The position numbers were made by a program, and so were the translations under genes. The notes beneath the pieces were generated by a model. It ran no database searches and was not told where the DNA came from. It worked only from the letters and a program-made list of their open reading frames with translations. From a virus (lineage: Duplodnaviria > Caudoviricetes), in the IMG/VR virus record IMGVR_UViG_3300012920_000001, positions 1 through 54,793 of that record: 54,793 nt of DNA. One strand, written 5' to 3'. Each line of letters begins with the position of its first letter. Position 1 is the stretch's first letter. Positions 26,926 to 37,265 of the stretch are shown here, piece after piece.

Positions 26926-29555
26926 TATGGTGCTCCTTTTAATAATAATTGTGTTGTTGTTACAGCTTTTCCTATCTCTGTATTACCTGTAGCTGTTCTC
27001 GTTATATTGCCATTAAGTTGTAGGTAGTAAGTAGAATCTATTGTAAGTGGGCTTTGGGTTCCTGCGGTTACATAAACGGCACCGTAAGCTGCGCTTGCTG
27101 AATTGTCGTTGTAGCCTACCATCGTTTTATTTACATTTGAATCAAAGGCGATTGATACCGAAGATGGATTTACTGCTGTACTTGTTACTGCGATTGGCGT
27201 GTCAAAAGTGATAGAGGTACCTGATACCGTACCCGTGACAATTTTTAGATAAGAATCGCTTTGGTTGACATAAGTAATAATTACTTTGTTTAAATTAGAG
27301 TCAAATGTGGATTGTAGAGATTGACCATTTATTTCAACATCCGTGAATGCAACAGGCGTTCCCCCACTTAATGATGAACCACTTACAGTACAAACTACTA
27401 CGGTTCCAAATGTTGTTGCATTATCTTTGTAGGGGATTATTACCTTGTTGTTTTGGCTATCGAAACAAATTGTTCCCCCCTCTGACATAACAACGCCAAT
27501 GGCACCAATTGGATCAACTCTACTACCCCATGTGATAGAGGTGCCAGAAACTTGTCCAACCACACAAGCTAACCCTGATCCGGAACGTTGATATGCAACT
27601 ACTGTTCTATCCGCATTTGAATCATAAGTAGTGTTGACATAACTAATTGATGCACTCAGTTGTTGCCACTCCGTCATAGATCCAAAAGTAATTGCACCCC
27701 CTGATATAGTTCCTACAGCCGATTCTCCGTAAGTTGCTCTAGTCCAACAAATAACTACTTTTTGACTTGTAGAATCATAAGAAATGTCTTGACTTTGTAT
27801 TTGTGTTTGTCTGTATTCTACCCCACTAGCAAATGAAATACCCGTGCCACTTACAGTGCCTACATAGGCTACTCCATAATAGTTAGAAGAAGTTGGATCA
27901 GCCGTAACAGCTACTATTTTGTCGGCTGAGGCATCATAAGTGATACTGTTGTAACTGGAAGAGAGTGATTGGTAAGCTGCCGAAGCACCAAACGAAACAG
28001 TGTTGTTTGATGAGTTTATAGCTCCAACAATAGATGTTCCGTAACCTGTAGCTGGACTTTGAAATCCGAACACAACTTGATTGCTTCCACTGTCAAATAC
28101 AGCTTTCATATCAGCCGATCTAAGTCCACCTGTAAATGCCGTGGGTGTTCCTGTTTCGCCCGCACTTGGTTCCGTTGTCGTTGCTACTCCACCTTGTGGA
28201 TTGTATTTACCACTGTTACCGCTGGTGATTGACTCAGACGTTATGCCAATAAAATTATCTCTGTTATTAGTCGTTCCATCCATTGTATATGTACGGGCAT
28301 CGTAGGTTGTTCCTGAAGCACCAGATTTAAATGCAATGAACATATTAGTAGAGACGGAATCGTATAAAACGGGTCTTGGTTGAATGCTTGCAATATATGT
28401 ATTTTGTAGTTGTAAGTTTGTTCCGGTACTATAAGTAGATCCACTTGTATCTAGACTGACTATGTATTGGACACCTAAATTATCTGAATATATTAAACCT
28501 GTTTTTTTAACTGATGCGTTATATCCAATACCATTAGGATCTCTAACATTATTATTGCCGATTGTTGGCCCAAAATTTCCTGATGAAACAGTAGGTGTGG
28601 TGAAAGAGCTTTGAGAGTTTGATGGTAATGTAATAGGCACAACATCCATACCGGAAGACACTCGGTAAGCTAAAACGTGTTTGGCATCGTTTACATTGTA
28701 TGCGGCAAATGGAACATCACTATAGTAATTGTTTATCGGATTTTGGGCTAACGTGGCTGTAGCCGATCCACTACTTGGAACAGTTACAACCATATAACTC
28801 ATGTAATAAGGGCTATATCGATAAGTTTGACATATCAATACACACGCATTAACCGGATCATAAGTTAACGAAGCCCCCCAACCACCGTCATAAGCGTTGA
28901 AATTAGAACCGTTGAAGCTATTATAAACTCCAGTCCACGAAGTGCTTGTTCCACTTATCTGTCCAATGTTGTGTTGGAGTGTTCCTTGTGAGGAACTGTT
29001 CCAAACCACAAGAAATCTATTGACATCTGAACAAAAAGCTACGGCTATTGGCCTAGCACTGCTATGGGTACTGAAAGTTACAGATGTGCTTTCAAAACTT
29101 AAAGTGGTGCCACTAACATTTACTTGTTTTGCAATCCAATTTCCCGTGTTACCACTATCTTTGAAAAGCACTACGCCTTTGTTATTAGTGGTATCGTAAG
29201 ATGCGGCGTATCCTTCTGTAGAAAAAGTATACCCAGTGGTTACAGCACCGAATGTAATTGTCGAACCGCTTACCGTTCCTGCGACCCCTACCAGATAATC
29301 ATTAGTTCCTGAAAAAAATATAACACAAGCATTTTGGGCTTCATCGTAATAACCTGCTATTTGGATTCTTGTTCCGTAAGTGCCGAGAGACTGTACATTT
29401 CCTAAAGAGGCAGTCGCTGTCGTTTCACTCACCGCCTCTATCTGTCCGTTTGATAAAAGTGCTACTGTTTGCCCAGTGGATAGCGTTCCAGACGCTATGG
29501 CTGTAGCTTCTTTCGCACCGCCACCTGAAGGAAGAAGATCAGATAAATTTGTCAC
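26925..29555 (-). CDS. Putative receptor-binding/decoration protein, paralog 3 (two repeat inserts)
   Basis: N-terminus shared with 29552-31081 and 31081-32565; GTVSGTxIxFG and YD repeats. Confidence 0.65.
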   Translation of the reverse strand: MTNLSDLLPSGGGAKEATAIASGTLSTGQTVALLSNGQIEAVSETTATASLGNVQSLGTYGTRIQIAGYYDEAQNACVIFFSGTNDYLVGVAGTVSGSTITFGAVTTGYTFSTEGYAASYDTTNNKGVVLFKDSGNTGNWIAKQVNVSGTTLSFESTSVTFSTHSSARPIAVAFCSDVNRFLVVWNSSSQGTLQHNIGQISGTSTSWTGVYNSFNGSNFNAYDGGWGASLTYDPVNACVLICQTYRYSPYYMSYMVVTVPSSGSATATLAQNPINNYYSDVPFAAYNVNDAKHVLAYRVSSGMDVVPITLPSNSQSSFTTPTVSSGNFGPTIGNNNVRDPNGIGYNASVKKTGLIYSDNLGVQYIVSLDTSGSTYSTGTNLQLQNTYIASIQPRPVLYDSVSTNMFIAFKSGASGTTYDARTYTMDGTTNNRDNFIGITSESITSGNSGKYNPQGGVATTTEPSAGETGTPTAFTGGLRSADMKAVFDSGSNQVVFGFQSPATGYGTSIVGAINSSNNTVSFGASAAYQSLSSSYNSITYDASADKIVAVTADPTSSNYYGVAYVGTVSGTGISFASGVEYRQTQIQSQDISYDSTSQKVVICWTRATYGESAVGTISGGAITFGSMTEWQQLSASISYVNTTYDSNADRTVVAYQRSGSGLACVVGQVSGTSITWGSRVDPIGAIGVVMSEGGTICFDSQNNKVIIPYKDNATTFGTVVVCTVSGSSLSGGTPVAFTDVEINGQSLQSTFDSNLNKVIITYVNQSDSYLKIVTGTVSGTSITFDTPIAVTSTAVNPSSVSIAFDSNVNKTMVGYNDNSASAAYGAVYVTAGTQSPLTIDSTYYLQLNGNITRTATGNTEIGKAVTTTQLLLKGAP

Positions 29556-31081
29556 GTTTGAAACTCCAAGTTAATACTGGACGTACTCAATGCCTTACCA
29601 ATTCTCAACCCTGTCGAAGTTGTTGAGATAGTTCCATCGTCTGCAACGTAATACACACTGTTTGGTGTTAACCCCGAAAGTCCGTTACTTGCTATGCCAC
29701 CCTTAAGAGTAATATTTCCAGTGTTGCCGCTAGTGATTGCCTGCGAAGTTATTCCAATGAAATTAGCTACATTAGTGGTTGTTCCATCCATCGTGTAGAC
29801 AACCCCTTTACCATCTCCACCGGGATATTCTCTCCAACCAATAGCCATATTTTGTGAACTTGAATCGTAAATTATAGGTCTCGTTACAACGTATTGATTA
29901 GTGTTTTCAACATTCAAAATAGTTCCAGCTGTCCAATTACTTGATGTAGCGTTGCTTGTATCAACACTTACTACCTTTAAATAATTACTACCGTCCGCCC
30001 AAAGCACACCAACTTTTTTTAATTCTGGGTGATATGCAATCCCGTTGGGATATTGCGTGTTCACACTTAGCAAGGTTGTCATATTAACAGTGGTTGCCAC
30101 TGTAGCTGCGTTTGAACCCGTAATTTTTATAGTTGTCAAATTTGCATCTGTATTTGAAGCATCCCAAAGTAATAGATTGTGTTGTTTATTCTCGCTATCA
30201 TATGCCATGTGTGGGTCATAGCCTGTGTAACTGTTAGTGCCAGAGCCATTAGATATTACTTGTAAATTCCAAAATACTGTTGCACCACCTGAAGATGGAA
30301 CAGTTACCGCAAAAGCCTGCATGGGCTGTGAACCTGAATTTTGAGTTACTGCTACCACCATACACTCATGGACGGGATCATAAGAAAGAGCTGGAGGTGC
30401 TTGATAGTTATAACCATAATAGGTTGTACCACCAAAGGTGTAATATATTCCTGTCCACGATGTACTGGAGCCACTTATTTGTCCGATATTATGATAGAGT
30501 TGACCGGGGCTATTATTAAGAGGCCAAACTGTTAAAAAACGATCCGATGAAGGATCGTATTCTATACCCATCGCATAACCACCATGATTGCTTACAACTA
30601 CACCGCTTCCGGTTTCCCAAGTGACTGTTGTACCACTGACAGTTAACTGTCTGGCTAACCAACTACCCGTAACAGTATTGTCTTGGTATACTACAACCGC
30701 TTTATTATCGGTGGTGCTATACGCACCGTTTATATACGTTGCGTTAACACTAGATCCAACCGTCTCGGACCCAAATGTAATTGTGCTGCCGCTTATTGTG
30801 CCCGCGACTGCCGCAAGATAATTATTTGCATCTTGGTAAATAAAGACAACCGCATTTTGATCGGCATAATAGAATCCACTTATGTTGTAGTTTCCAGAAA
30901 TATCGGGTGAAAATTGTACCTCGCTACCTAATGAAGCAGTTGTTGTCGTCTCGCTCACCGCTTCTACCTGTCCGTTTGACAGGAGTGCTACCGTTTGACC
31001 ATTAGATAACGTTCCGGATGCTATAGCTGTAGCTTCCTTAGCAGCGGCACCAGCAGGAAGTAAATCAGATAAATTACTCAT
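29552..31081 (-). CDS. Putative receptor-binding/decoration protein, paralog 2
   Basis: MSNLSDLLP..IASGTLSNGQTVAL N-terminus; NFIGITSQAI C-terminal block. Confidence 0.65.
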   Translation of the reverse strand: MSNLSDLLPAGAAAKEATAIASGTLSNGQTVALLSNGQVEAVSETTTTASLGSEVQFSPDISGNYNISGFYYADQNAVVFIYQDANNYLAAVAGTISGSTITFGSETVGSSVNATYINGAYSTTDNKAVVVYQDNTVTGSWLARQLTVSGTTVTWETGSGVVVSNHGGYAMGIEYDPSSDRFLTVWPLNNSPGQLYHNIGQISGSSTSWTGIYYTFGGTTYYGYNYQAPPALSYDPVHECMVVAVTQNSGSQPMQAFAVTVPSSGGATVFWNLQVISNGSGTNSYTGYDPHMAYDSENKQHNLLLWDASNTDANLTTIKITGSNAATVATTVNMTTLLSVNTQYPNGIAYHPELKKVGVLWADGSNYLKVVSVDTSNATSSNWTAGTILNVENTNQYVVTRPIIYDSSSQNMAIGWREYPGGDGKGVVYTMDGTTTNVANFIGITSQAITSGNTGNITLKGGIASNGLSGLTPNSVYYVADDGTISTTSTGLRIGKALSTSSINLEFQT

Positions 31082-32565
31082 TACAGATCCTTAATGTTTA
31101 AAGTAGTAGCTGATATTGCCGTGCCAATAAATGTGGCATTAGTAGATGATGACGTTATTGTTCCGTTGTCTGTAACATACATGGTTGCACCCGGCGTCAT
31201 ACCACTTTGAGATTCATTTATTCCACCTAATAAACTGACATTACCACTAGCTCCGGATGAAATTGCCTGAGATGTAATACCAATTAGATTAGTCACATTA
31301 CTAGATACTGGTGCAAATACTACTGAAGCAGCTGTTGATGTATTCGTTTCAATATAACTAATTACAACCCTGTCGTTACTATCATCGTAAACGTTCGTTA
31401 GATAATTAGTCGAGAGAAATCTCCATGTGTTCGGTGATCCAAACGTTAGAGTAGTACCTACAAAGCTCGCTGCTACGACAGTTGCGTTGTTGTTGCTTAC
31501 ATAAGAAACAACTAGTTTACGAGCACCTTTATCAAATACTGCCGATACTGTAGTAGGAACCGTATTTCCCGCGAAAAAATTTTCTGTTCCAAAAGTAATT
31601 GTATTTCCAGAACTAGGAATAGTAAAGGCAGTGGCTGAAATATAACTGTTGTTTTGTGTATTTGCAGTAACAACAAAGGCTGTATTACTAGCGTTGTCAG
31701 ATACCAAATTAGTAAAATTTGATTGTGCTGTATTGGAACCATTCAATGGCACATAAGCAACTACACCCCCAAAAGTTACAGTTGTTCCACTCGTAGTGGG
31801 CAGTTGAACAGCAACATTTGTAGAGTTGTTATCATTGTAGATAAAAATATAACGATTTGTCGTGGTATTATAAGTAAGGGCCAAATAACTTGCAGTTGCA
31901 CTATCCGCTTGTGCCGCAGATCCGAAAGAAATAGTTGTTCCAGAAACCGTGCCTACTATCCCCGTTGGTCTACCACTATTGCCATTATTCTTATATACAA
32001 CTAAAAACCTACCTTGATCAGGGTTAAAAACAGCCGTTATATCTTCAGTGCTACTTCCGTTAAAAGTTGTCGGACTTGAGGGAAAACTTATCGAACTTCC
32101 ACTGACGGTTCCCACCCTAGCTTTACCATTAGATCCACTTGAGACATCTTGATAAAAAACAACTATTTTATCATTTGTAGTGTCATAATCGATCGAATGC
32201 GTAATAGCAAAAACAGAAGCAAATACTGATTCCGTTCCAAAAGTAATCGTATTATTTGATGGGTCTACTTCCCCAACGATACAATATCCATAGTTATTAT
32301 TATTGAGATCACGATAAGCAACAACAACTCTTTGTTGGTCAGGGTCATAAACTGATCCATATGGCCCTGTCGAAAGCGATGGGTTTGAACCTGCCGGTGA
32401 CCAACTGTTAGGAGTGCCTATTGCTTGGCTTGTTTGAGCGATTGCCTCTACTTTGCCATCGGATCTAAGAGCTACCGTTTGTCCGTTACTGAGCGTGCCT
32501 TGAGCTATAAATTCTACATTATTTTGTCCACCGCCAGAGGGCAGTAGCTCTGACAGATTGCTCAT
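31081..32565 (-). CDS. Putative receptor-binding/decoration protein, paralog 1
   Basis: MSNLSELLP..IAQGTLSNGQTVAL N-terminus; NLIGITSQAI C-terminal block. Confidence 0.65.
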   Translation of the reverse strand: MSNLSELLPSGGGQNNVEFIAQGTLSNGQTVALRSDGKVEAIAQTSQAIGTPNSWSPAGSNPSLSTGPYGSVYDPDQQRVVVAYRDLNNNNYGYCIVGEVDPSNNTITFGTESVFASVFAITHSIDYDTTNDKIVVFYQDVSSGSNGKARVGTVSGSSISFPSSPTTFNGSSTEDITAVFNPDQGRFLVVYKNNGNSGRPTGIVGTVSGTTISFGSAAQADSATASYLALTYNTTTNRYIFIYNDNNSTNVAVQLPTTSGTTVTFGGVVAYVPLNGSNTAQSNFTNLVSDNASNTAFVVTANTQNNSYISATAFTIPSSGNTITFGTENFFAGNTVPTTVSAVFDKGARKLVVSYVSNNNATVVAASFVGTTLTFGSPNTWRFLSTNYLTNVYDDSNDRVVISYIETNTSTAASVVFAPVSSNVTNLIGITSQAISSGASGNVSLLGGINESQSGMTPGATMYVTDNGTITSSSTNATFIGTAISATTLNIKDL

Positions 32566-32566
32566 T

Positions 32567-33235
32567 TTATACGCTCCATCCTATGGTTGCGTCGATGTAA
32601 GTCATCGTTATTTCGGCAAAGTTTTTATCAAAAACTAAATCACTTGCAGAACTTGCAATGTTACTTCCATTTCTTGCCACGGTAAAAGTCGTGGTTGCCG
32701 CTGCCCCTGTACCATCTTTGACAACAACAAAATCGCCCGCTGATGGACCCGCTGGTAATGTTATAGTGATAGACCCCGCACTAGCTACAAGAAACTGTCC
32801 AGATGTTGCATTTGTGTTACCACTTACAATCGTGGGTGCCTCTATACCAGCCGCCTCCGCAGCAGATGTCCACGTCGTGCCATTTGACTTTAAGACATTA
32901 CCACTTGTTCCCGGAGCAACGAAGTTAGGAGCACCCGTTCCGTTGCCAATTACGACATTATTTGCTGTAAGTGGTGCGCTTTTTACAAGTTTTCCGCTAG
33001 TTCCATCAAAGGCTACAATGGCACCGTCCGTTGCTGATGCTGGCCCCGCAACATCACCAGTATTTCCCGCAGATGATGCTATCTCTTTGACTACCCCTGA
33101 CGAGTTTTTAAAAAACAGTTTCTCATCGGCAGTGTTGATAGCTAATTCACCGTCTACTAAGTCACTAGCACTTGGTGTATTCGAAGATGTCGAACTTCGA
33201 TATAGCTGAATAGGTGTAAAACCAGATTGTGGCAT
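32567..33235 (-). CDS. Tail fiber protein
   Basis: GELAINTAD.KLF anchor motif; ITITLPA.PS.GD.V.VKD...TVARNGSNI fiber repeat. Confidence 0.65.
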   Translation of the reverse strand: MPQSGFTPIQLYRSSTSSNTPSASDLVDGELAINTADEKLFFKNSSGVVKEIASSAGNTGDVAGPASATDGAIVAFDGTSGKLVKSAPLTANNVVIGNGTGAPNFVAPGTSGNVLKSNGTTWTSAAEAAGIEAPTIVSGNTNATSGQFLVASAGSITITLPAGPSAGDFVVVKDGTGAAATTTFTVARNGSNIASSASDLVFDKNFAEITMTYIDATIGWSV

Positions 33236-33263
33236 TATAGTCTCCTATTAATTGTATTATACA

Positions 33264-33482
33264 TTAAAATGTTCCCCCTGAAATACCAGAAGTTGCAGTT
33301 AATGATGTGAACGTTCCAGCTGCTGGCGTAGATCCACCAATTACAGCATTGTCTATTGTTCCACCGGATATCGTAGGAGCAATGGGTGATGCCAACTTAG
33401 CAGTCGTTACTATGCCATCTGCTAGTTGTTGGGTTGTTAAAGGTATGTCGGTTGGTGCATTACCAATATAAGGGTTAGCCAT
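33264..33482 (-). CDS. Small tail fiber-associated protein
   Basis: YIGN.P, DGIVTTAKLA, IGGSTPAAGTFT motifs. Confidence 0.6.
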   Translation of the reverse strand: MANPYIGNAPTDIPLTTQQLADGIVTTAKLASPIAPTISGGTIDNAVIGGSTPAAGTFTSLTATSGISGGTF

Positions 33483-33814
33483 TAAGTTATCTCCAAGATT
33501 GATAAAACAGCATCTATGGATGTAGCTGTATCTGATTTAACTTTGATCGAGTCATTGGGTTCCATGACAATTTTTTGATTACCACCGATTGGTACGATTG
33601 CACCACCCGTAGGCACTGGAGCACTTTTTACAATGTAGGTATCGTTTGATCCATCGTTTAAAGTAACGTCAATGTTGACTGTCGCTCCAGTTGTATTGGC
33701 AACTGTCAAACCGATTACAGTTGTTTGTGTCGCTGCTGGAACGGTATACGACCCAACTGCCGTTAAAGACGTTCCTATATCCCTTGATAATTTTCTTTCA
33801 AAAGCATTTGCCAT
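33482..33814 (-). CDS. Small structural protein
   Basis: MANAF..YTVP..TTVIG..VAN..KIV....D.I.V...SILEIT pattern common in marine podoviruses. Confidence 0.65.
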   Translation of the reverse strand: MANAFERKLSRDIGTSLTAVGSYTVPAATQTTVIGLTVANTTGATVNIDVTLNDGSNDTYIVKSAPVPTGGAIVPIGGNQKIVMEPNDSIKVKSDTATSIDAVLSILEIT

Positions 33815-33823
33815 GTTTTCTCC

Positions 33824-35485
33824 TTACCCCAATGCAATTGCTAATGCAATAACATCGTCAGTTGTAACGCCTGCACCCGGTGCTGATGAAACCCAATTGG
33901 TTCCGTCAGATGTAAGCACATTTCCATTCGCTCCGGGTGATGTAAGTCCCGTACCGCCATGTGCTGGAACGAGTGTACCTGATAGCGTAATATCACCAGT
34001 GCTTAAACTGTTGGGTGTGAGTCCTGTCGTTCCTGCACTGAATGCACTTACAGCCGTTGTAATTGCACCTGCCCACGCGAAGGCACTCCCATCCCATTTT
34101 AAAAATCTGTTTGCAGTCGATGGAGCGGCTATAAAATCGGTTGTGTCAGCAGATGTGTTGTAGACAATTCTATTAGCTGAACCGCCTGCCACATTAGTTG
34201 CTTTGGTTGCTGTAGCTGCGTTACCAGTTATACTTATGGCCCATGTACCCGTGGCACCCGTTCCATTGAGTGGCACTGCCCCAACATCACTAGCAGTAAG
34301 TGTGACAACACCAACTTGTCCGTTTACGGAAGTAACAGTGTTGCTTTGGTCAATTTTTTGCCAAACCCCAGTGCTTGCGAATACGGCCCAATCGCCTACT
34401 TCCCAATCGGTAATTCCGTCAAGGTTTGTGTTACCCGCAACGCTGACGATGTAGTAATAACCGTTAACCCCTGAGCTTGATGTAAGTGTAGGCGTGTTAG
34501 TCGAGGCGTTCCATGTTCCTTGGAAATTTAAACCCGTTTGAAAAGATGCAGTTGATACTGAGGTAATTACACCCTTGTCGTTTATTGCAACGACAGGGAT
34601 AGCACTAGATGATCCATACGTTCCGGGTGTAACTCCAGAGGTAGGTAAGTCTCCATCGACCAATGCTCTAAATGCTGTTGGGGCTGCTGCACCGGAAGTT
34701 GGCCCTGCAAAGACTACGTTGGCTGGTTGATCAGATTGTAAGAGAGCCGATCCCCAAGTATACGATCCGGTTCCACCAGAAACGAGAACTTGTCCGTTGG
34801 CTCCCGCTGGACCAATAGCAAGATCACCGCTACCACCGTAAACTATACCTCCGGGCGTTGATGTTATACTCCGTCCTGTACCACCTTGATCAATTGGTAA
34901 AACACCGTCAATTTCGTCTGAATTAGATAAATCTACTGGTGGGTGTTGATGGTCACCTCTTGCTAACTCATTAGACGTTCCAGCTGAACCACCAGTTGTT
35001 CCTTTAAGTGGAACGTTATCTTCAAAGTCTGCCGTAAGTGTTACATTCGAACTTAAATTACCACCACCCTCTAATCCATTACCTGCAATGATCTGTGTAG
35101 ACGTTGGTACTCCACCTGTAGAGGCAGTCACCGTGCTCACGGCTGTAATACGACCAGTGGAATCAACGGTGACTACTGGAATTTGGGTTGTGCTTCCGTA
35201 TGTTCCGGGAGTTGCTCCACTAGCTGCAAGTTGCACCGTTCCAATACCGCCACTTGCAACGCTTAATGTTATGTCTTGATTGAGTTGTCCACCACCTGTC
35301 AAACCAGTTCCAGCTATGACTTGTCGTGAGGTTGGAACTCCTGCAACTTGTAGTAAGTCTCCCGCTCTGACTTGATAACTTACACCTTGGTAATTAAACA
35401 GTAACATACCATCGGCAGATGCTACTGGAGCCGTAGGCAATTGCGATATTCTGGTGGGTATTAAATTACTTGGAACGTTAGTCAT
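33824..35485 (-). CDS. Tail fiber protein
   Basis: RISQLP, AGTGLTGGG, TPGTYGS, GTWNASTNTP, VTSVNGQVG, GGTG repeats. Confidence 0.75.
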   Translation of the reverse strand: MTNVPSNLIPTRISQLPTAPVASADGMLLFNYQGVSYQVRAGDLLQVAGVPTSRQVIAGTGLTGGGQLNQDITLSVASGGIGTVQLAASGATPGTYGSTTQIPVVTVDSTGRITAVSTVTASTGGVPTSTQIIAGNGLEGGGNLSSNVTLTADFEDNVPLKGTTGGSAGTSNELARGDHQHPPVDLSNSDEIDGVLPIDQGGTGRSITSTPGGIVYGGSGDLAIGPAGANGQVLVSGGTGSYTWGSALLQSDQPANVVFAGPTSGAAAPTAFRALVDGDLPTSGVTPGTYGSSSAIPVVAINDKGVITSVSTASFQTGLNFQGTWNASTNTPTLTSSSGVNGYYYIVSVAGNTNLDGITDWEVGDWAVFASTGVWQKIDQSNTVTSVNGQVGVVTLTASDVGAVPLNGTGATGTWAISITGNAATATKATNVAGGSANRIVYNTSADTTDFIAAPSTANRFLKWDGSAFAWAGAITTAVSAFSAGTTGLTPNSLSTGDITLSGTLVPAHGGTGLTSPGANGNVLTSDGTNWVSSAPGAGVTTDDVIALAIALG

Positions 35486-35791
35486 CTAATTTATCTCCAG
35501 ATAATTATCACCGTCTTCCGTGACGATAAATTCATCCCCAGCTTCTTGAATTAGACCAGCGGGATGCGTGTCTATATTTCTATCTGGTCTAACAAATGGC
35601 AACACGATTTGATCTGGTCTTCGTGGTGGTAATCGGTAGGGATCAAATTGATCTCTATCTTCCTTACAAACTCGTAGACCCGGATCGTTAGGATCAGGAT
35701 ATAAGTCAGCCAGAAAAAATTTACGCGAACATCTAGCACATATTCCGATACCAAATGTAGGTTGTCCTGTCGGGTCTAAATACTTACTCAT
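35486..35791 (-). CDS. Small Cys-containing virion/assembly protein
   Basis: ICARCSRKF..L......GLRVC; conserved position after the adaptor. Confidence 0.6.
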   Translation of the reverse strand: MSKYLDPTGQPTFGIGICARCSRKFFLADLYPDPNDPGLRVCKEDRDQFDPYRLPPRRPDQIVLPFVRPDRNIDTHPAGLIQEAGDEFIVTEDGDNYLEIN

Positions 35792-36798
35792 CTTGTATAG
35801 GGTCCAATACCCGGATTGATTTGTGTTGGAGATCCATCACCGTCACCATCCCACGCACGTTGCATTGAAATAGCAGCTCGTTGTTCTAGTAGAGGTATTA
35901 TATTCGCATCGACGCTTGGTGTTTCCATCGCAACTTTAGATGCTAATCCGTTTACAATAGCCTCTAGCCATCGATTAGGGATCTCAACTTCTTGTTGTAG
36001 AGTATCGGTATCCATGACCGAGCGATGTCTCCATACGACCAACTGTGTTTTTTCTGTATCTTCATCAGGAGCAGGCCAGACATTCAGAACAGGTTGTGCA
36101 ACGTTTCGTTGAAAATAGTAAGTGCTAGGTTGACCCGCAAACACACTATTACTTTGATTTACATATTGATCACGATTTAACGTTCCTAGTGGTATAACAT
36201 ATGGCTCGTTACCCAACGTTATAGATGTATAATTGATTGTAGAAACACCATCCGTTGGAATTATCTTAAAGTATTGATATGACAGTGCTGGAACTATGTC
36301 TGTCCATACTATCTTTCCAGCTTGAGCCAATGCCCCAGTTGAAAGATCGAAGCTGTTTGTTGTTGCTACCGTAGTAAAGTTTACACCGTCAGAACTTACT
36401 TGAAATGTTAATGGTATAGCAGTTGCTGACCATTTCACACCTACTGTGTTGACGATTGTCGCGCTAGAAAAATTTACGAGATAACTGGTGTTGGTAGATG
36501 TGACGGTCCCAGTTGGAAACATAGGCTGACGGAAATTCACATTAAGAACGTCAACTGTACCCAGTGGCAATGTCACCACTGGTTGATTTTGATAAAATGG
36601 AAGGATTATCTTTTCGATGCACCAACTGGGAACTCGGATATTGGATAAATCATCCAACATAAAAGCCAGAGAGTCTAATGCATAATCTTGCATTTCAGAG
36701 GTGATCGCTTGTGCAGGCAATCTACAACGCCTAAAAGCGTGATCAACCACTTTCAATGAATTAAAGGTTTTTACACCAATATTATTAGAGTATGCCAT
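35788..36798 (-). CDS. Head-tail connector / tail tubular protein A-like
   Basis: AF.RC, G.PSTYYF.R, VWP.P, P.RWLEAIV.GLA pattern. Confidence 0.6.
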   Translation of the reverse strand: MAYSNNIGVKTFNSLKVVDHAFRRCRLPAQAITSEMQDYALDSLAFMLDDLSNIRVPSWCIEKIILPFYQNQPVVTLPLGTVDVLNVNFRQPMFPTGTVTSTNTSYLVNFSSATIVNTVGVKWSATAIPLTFQVSSDGVNFTTVATTNSFDLSTGALAQAGKIVWTDIVPALSYQYFKIIPTDGVSTINYTSITLGNEPYVIPLGTLNRDQYVNQSNSVFAGQPSTYYFQRNVAQPVLNVWPAPDEDTEKTQLVVWRHRSVMDTDTLQQEVEIPNRWLEAIVNGLASKVAMETPSVDANIIPLLEQRAAISMQRAWDGDGDGSPTQINPGIGPYTR

Positions 36799-36854
36799 AT
36801 CAATCCTAAATTAAATTACGGATGCTGATACAGCAAACCCCGTTCAGTTTTGAG

Positions 36855-37265
36855 TTACCAAGACTTTCTTTTAAATTGGGCATCACCGGGCATTGCCTTG
36901 AAACCACCTTTTGATTTCATGGAACCGCCTTTCATCATGCCTTTACTCTTCATGGAACCACCACGCATCATGCCTTTGGTTTTCATAGAACCACCACGCA
37001 TCATGCCTTTGGTTTTCATAGAACCACCACGTTTCATATCCATCGTTCCGACAGACTGATAAGCTCTACGGCCCATAGCTTTTTCCATACCCTTGCTTTC
37101 ATCTCTACGAGACTTCATGCTCTGGGATTTGGAAGACTCTTTGCCTCTTCTCATACCGAGAGATTCGTCAAGCCTTGCGTTGTAGCCTTGTTTCTTACCG
37201 CCCTTGGCATAGCCTTTGGACTTCATCATTCTTTTGCCGCCTTTGGCATAACCTTTAGATTTCAT
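36855..37265 (-). CDS. Very basic repeat protein made of xxxGG units
   Basis: KGYAKGG x2, MKRGG, MMRGG x2, MMKGG; underlying 30-nt and 39-nt DNA repeats. Confidence 0.7.
   Translation of the reverse strand: MKSKGYAKGGKRMMKSKGYAKGGKKQGYNARLDESLGMRRGKESSKSQSMKSRRDESKGMEKAMGRRAYQSVGTMDMKRGGSMKTKGMMRGGSMKTKGMMRGGSMKSKGMMKGGSMKSKGGFKAMPGDAQFKRKSW

Noticed and set aside
26925-32565. Diversity-generating retroelement or invertase shufflon acting on the paralogs
   Set aside because: No reverse transcriptase or site-specific recombinase recognised; all copies are intact, co-oriented and differ at many base types.
36818-36843. Small hairpin upstream of the adaptor gene (TGCTG-TAT-CAGCA core)
   Set aside because: Short stem without a U tract; insufficient support on its own.
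36905-37035. 30-nt tandem repeats as a CRISPR array
   Set aside because: No unique spacers; repeats are in-frame coding units.
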